In this document: one piece after another, positions 3,092 to 5,677 of the stretch
Layout of the letters: each line of letters starts with the position of its first letter
How positions within the stretch are numbered: the stretch's first letter is position 1
IMG/VR virus record: IMGVR_UViG_3300045988_001721
Span: 1-5,677 of that record
DNA length: 5,677 nucleotides
From: a virus
Reading direction: 5' to 3' (one strand)
Position numbers and translations under genes: made by a program
The notes under the pieces: generated by a model
Databases searched by the model: none
Told to the model about the DNA's origin: nothing
What the model saw: only the letters and a program-made list of their open reading frames with translations

Positions 3092-4791
3092 ACAGAAACA
3101 AAGACGCAGGATTTAATCAAGTCCCTCGCCTGGACATCACGCGAAGTCGCTTCAAACGGCGGCAAGATATCAAATTAACCATGAACGCGGGCCAGCTTAT
3201 TCCATTTTACGTGGACGAAGTACTTCCGGGTGATACCTTCAGCATCGACCAAGCAGCAATTATCCGTATGACAACGCCTATCTTCCCGGTTATGGACAAC
3301 TGCCACATGGATATTTACTACTTCAACGTACCGTGTCGTATCATCTGGGACAACTTCAAAAGGTTTATGGGCGAAAACGATACCGGACCGTGGACACAGA
3401 CTCAGGAATACACCATTCCGCAGGTCAAAGTAACTGGCACAACCGACAAGCCGGCGCCTTACGAAGGAAGCATCATGGACTACATGGGCATTCCTACCAA
3501 GGTGAGCAAAGGAGCTGACAGTGCATTCAGTGTTAATGCACTGCCATTCAGAGCCTACGCTATGATTTGGCAGGAGTGGTTCCGAGACCAGAACGTGGAC
3601 AATCCGGCCATCAACAGAACCACAGATGCAACCGTCAACTATACGGACGACGAAACCAAAGGCATGGACGCAGAGACGCCTGACATCGAATATATCCTTA
3701 AGTACGCATACACGGGCGGCAGACCACTGCCAGTAAATAAGTACCACGACTACTTCACATCGGCTTTGCCTTCCCCGCAGAAAGCGGGAGAACCGGTAAA
3801 AGTGCCGACGATAGGCGTAGCACATCTCAATCTGTACGACCCGGACAACTTTCCGAAGAAACTCGGATGGGCTAAAGGAACCTCGGAATACCACCTTATC
3901 ACGAACTTAAGTGTCTATCCCGACAAAAAGGGCGAAGACGGCCTTTTCTACGGAAACGGAATTTTGGGAACGGCAGACGGAGCGCCGGACGGAAACAGAG
4001 AAGTGGAACTTGGGGCTGACATGAGTACCGCAACAGCAACAACCATCAATCAGCTGCGACAGGCATTTCAGGTGCAGAAATACTACGAACAACTGGCGCG
4101 CGGTGGCAGTCGTTACCGCGAGATGATTTATTCGCTGTTCCATACGAAAATCAGCGATAAGACGGTACAAATCCCAGAATATCTGGGTGGCACGCGTATC
4201 ACCATCAATATGAGTCAGGTCATCCAGACCAGCGGCACAACAGCGGAAAGCCCGCAGGGCAACACGGCAGCAGTGAGCGTTACGCCGTACAACGGCAGTA
4301 TGTTTACGAAGAGCTTTGAAGAGCACGGCTATGTTATCGGAGTGTGCTGCATCCGACATGACCACACCTACCAGCAGGGACTCGAACGAATGTGGAGCCG
4401 CAAAACCAATCTGGATTTCTATTATCCGGTCTTTGCAAACCTGGGAGAACAGGCTATTCTGAAGAAGGAGCTGTATCTCACTGGTACGAGCACTGATGAA
4501 CAAGCCTTTGGTTATCAGGAAGCTTGGGCAGAGTACCGAATGAAGCCAAACCGCATCAGCGGCAAGTTCCGTTCGAATGCAGAGGGGACGTTGGACAGCT
4601 GGCACTACGGCGACAACTACAAGGAAACGCCGAGCCTGAGCCAGGCATGGATGAAGGAAGGAGACTCTGAAATCCAAAGAACTCTAGCCGTAAATAACGA
4701 GCCGCAGTTTATCATGGACACCGTCGTAGACAATACATCTGTGAGACCTATGCCCATGTACAGCGTTCCGGGTCTCGTGGACCATCACTAA
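3088..4791 (+). CDS. VP1: Major capsid protein VP1 (Microviridae F-protein family), 567 aa
   Basis: Hallmark microvirus capsid motifs: N-terminal RSRFKRRQDIKLTMNAGQLIPFYVDEVLPGDTF, HDYFTSALPSPQK, TINQLRQAFQVQKYYEQLARGGSRYREMIYSLFH, and FGYQEAWAEYRMKPNRISGKFR. SD AAGGAGG (3071..3077) 10 nt upstream. It is the longest ORF in the window. Confidence 0.96.
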   Translation: MNRNKDAGFNQVPRLDITRSRFKRRQDIKLTMNAGQLIPFYVDEVLPGDTFSIDQAAIIRMTTPIFPVMDNCHMDIYYFNVPCRIIWDNFKRFMGENDTGPWTQTQEYTIPQVKVTGTTDKPAPYEGSIMDYMGIPTKVSKGADSAFSVNALPFRAYAMIWQEWFRDQNVDNPAINRTTDATVNYTDDETKGMDAETPDIEYILKYAYTGGRPLPVNKYHDYFTSALPSPQKAGEPVKVPTIGVAHLNLYDPDNFPKKLGWAKGTSEYHLITNLSVYPDKKGEDGLFYGNGILGTADGAPDGNREVELGADMSTATATTINQLRQAFQVQKYYEQLARGGSRYREMIYSLFHTKISDKTVQIPEYLGGTRITINMSQVIQTSGTTAESPQGNTAAVSVTPYNGSMFTKSFEEHGYVIGVCCIRHDHTYQQGLERMWSRKTNLDFYYPVFANLGEQAILKKELYLTGTSTDEQAFGYQEAWAEYRMKPNRISGKFRSNAEGTLDSWHYGDNYKETPSLSQAWMKEGDSEIQRTLAVNNEPQFIMDTVVDNTSVRPMPMYSVPGLVDHH

Positions 4792-4802
4792 GAAAAGGGG
4801 GA

Positions 4803-4830
4803 AGCCCGGGGCAACACCCCGGGCTATTTT
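4803..4830 (+). terminator. GC-rich hairpin plus T-tract between VP1 and VP2: rho-independent terminator/attenuator candidate
   Basis: AGCCCGGGG (4803..4811) pairs perfectly with CCCCGGGCT (4817..4825) around the 5-nt loop caaca. aTTTTgtt follows. It lies 12 nt after the VP1 stop and ends 3 nt before the VP2 ATG. Confidence 0.65.
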
Positions 4831-4833
4831 GTT

Positions 4834-5677
4834 ATGGCATTAGCAGCAATCGGCAGCGCACTGCTCGGAATCGGCAAGCAACTACTCCCAACAATCGCTG
4901 GAGGTCTCTTAAACAAATTCCTGGGCGGAAATCAGATGGAAAGCAACGGAGGGAGCAGTCAGCACAACGAAAGTTCGAGCCAAGGAGGCGGAAGCAGCAG
5001 CTCCGCCAGCGGCGTAAACCGAGAACAGAACCTACAAGACTGGAACAGCATGCTAGGAGCAATCCAGGGAAACATGCAAAGCCAGCAGAAATTTAACCGT
5101 AAAAGCATGTTCGAGCAAATGGGCTATAACACCATGGCGGCAATCACTCAGGGTGTATATAACCAGATAAGCAACAACGCGGCGATGGACTACAACAGCG
5201 CACAAGCAGCCAAAAACAGAGCTTGGCAAGAGCAAATGAGCAATACAGCTTATCAGCGAGCTGTAGAAGACATGCGAAAAGCTGGCATCAACCCTATCTT
5301 AGCATACCAACAGGGCGGAGCAAGCACTCCGGGAGGCGCACAAGCCACCATCAGCGGGGCAAGCATGGGACTCGCAAGCAGCAGTGCAGCGAGCGCAAGC
5401 GCTCTCGGAGTAAGCCAGAACCACAACAACACATGGAGCAAAAGCGAGAGCAACTGGTACAACGCGGCACAAGCGGTCGGAGACGCCACAAGCTGGTCGC
5501 ACACAAGCGCAGACAAAGCGTTAAAGGCGTTCGAAAACGTCCTTGGTCAGCTGGGTCAGCTGGGAAACTCGGGGGGAGAATCCAAGGCAGGCGGTGGCGC
5601 AGGCCGTGGAGGGAGAAATCCCCAAGGAAAACCCGCAGAAAGAATGGACTATTACGCAAACAGACTATTCGGACATG
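4834..5677 (+). CDS. VP2: DNA pilot / minor capsid protein VP2 (phiX174 H analogue); open at the window end, completed at 1..66; 284 aa in total
   Basis: My manual translation from ATG 4834 in frame 1 has no stop up to 5677. The N-terminus is hydrophobic and Gly-rich (MALAAIGSALLGIGKQLLPTIAGGLL). It carries the conserved microvirus VP2 core RAWQEQMSNTAYQRAVEDMRKAGINPILAY. Ser/Gly/Ala-rich low-complexity stretches follow. The ORF is missing from the supplied track only because it lacks a stop inside the linear window. Confidence 0.9.
   Translation, partial: MALAAIGSALLGIGKQLLPTIAGGLLNKFLGGNQMESNGGSSQHNESSSQGGGSSSSASGVNREQNLQDWNSMLGAIQGNMQSQQKFNRKSMFEQMGYNTMAAITQGVYNQISNNAAMDYNSAQAAKNRAWQEQMSNTAYQRAVEDMRKAGINPILAYQQGGASTPGGAQATISGASMGLASSSAASASALGVSQNHNNTWSKSESNWYNAAQAVGDATSWSHTSADKALKAFENVLGQLGQLGNSGGESKAGGGAGRGGRNPQGKPAERMDYYANRLFGH
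5623..5677. repeat. Terminal direct repeat, copy B (identical to 1..55)
   Basis: Same 55-mer as 1..55. Position 5623 is in the same codon phase of the VP2 frame as position 1. Confidence 0.95.

Larger units (their letters stand above)
1..5622 (+). other. One complete genome unit of a circular ssDNA Microviridae (gokushovirus-like) phage
   Basis: The 55-nt terminal redundancy gives a 5,622-nt unit. The full microvirus core set (Rep VP4, VP3, VP1, VP2, small basic protein) sits on one strand. The VP2 ORF is only closed when the ends are joined. Confidence 0.9.

Noticed and set aside
3333-3518. 61-aa + strand ORF embedded out of frame in VP1 (possible phiX174-style overlapping gene)
   Set aside because: Its product (MSYHLGQLQKVYGRKRYRTVDTDSGIHH…) is neither hydrophobic nor E/K-like. 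I could identify no SD. A 61-codon open alternative frame inside a 1.7-kb gene is not surprising by chance. Its conservation in relatives would be needed to revive it.
3175-4677. Two long minus-strand ORFs (3175..3894, 239 aa; 3907..4677, 256 aa) antisense to VP1
   Set aside because: They lie entirely within the motif-supported VP1 gene on the opposite strand. Their products are Cys/Arg/Val-rich, lack recognisable motifs and have no SD. Long antisense frames are a common by-product of codon bias. Microviridae transcribe one strand only.
4832-5659. Cluster of minus-strand ORFs (4832..5062, 5053..5235, 5253..5516, 5299..5502, 5351..5659) antisense to VP2
   Set aside because: They overlap each other in several frames over a GC- and Ala/Ser-codon-rich region. 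The + strand frame carries the conserved VP2 motif and is open for 844 nt. The antisense products are low-complexity Leu/Cys/Arg/Ala strings.

Overview
This window is a complete circular genome of a small ssDNA phage of the family Microviridae (gokushovirus-like), linearised with an assembly overlap. It is not a stretch of bacterial chromosome. Bases 1..55 are identical to 5623..5677, so the genome unit is 5,622 nt. All credible genes lie on the + strand. In order they are: rolling-circle Rep VP4 (66..1085); a 494-nt structured noncoding block (1086..1579); two small unrecognised ORFs (1580..1768, 1960..2187); a 39-aa very basic J/VP8-like DNA-binding protein (2171..2290); a VP5-like small protein (2398..2634); the internal scaffolding protein VP3 (2612..3091); the major capsid protein VP1 (3088..4791); and the DNA pilot protein VP2 (4834..5677). 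VP2 is absent from the supplied ORF track because it runs off the window end. It closes across the circular junction at the TAA at 64..66, which overlaps the rep start (TAATG). Two near-consensus sigma70 promoters with extended -10 elements and two hairpin plus T-tract terminators suggest a single clockwise transcription unit with attenuation after VP1. The most unusual part is the noncoding block. It holds a hairpin with an AT-rich loop, a 45-nt alternating CG/CA tract with a 10-nt tandem repeat and a palindrome, an array of same-orientation TGTT(G/A)A motifs inside 34/35-nt imperfect direct repeats, and GC-rich hairpins. I read this block as a candidate origin/priming/control region. Also worth follow-up are the unrecognised small genes, a 25-aa hydrophobic mini-ORF, and a gene order that differs from the classical Chlamydia-phage arrangement as I recall it. 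I saw no cellular defence system, CRISPR array, tRNA or transposon. All family assignments come from motif recognition by eye and need HMM or BLAST confirmation.
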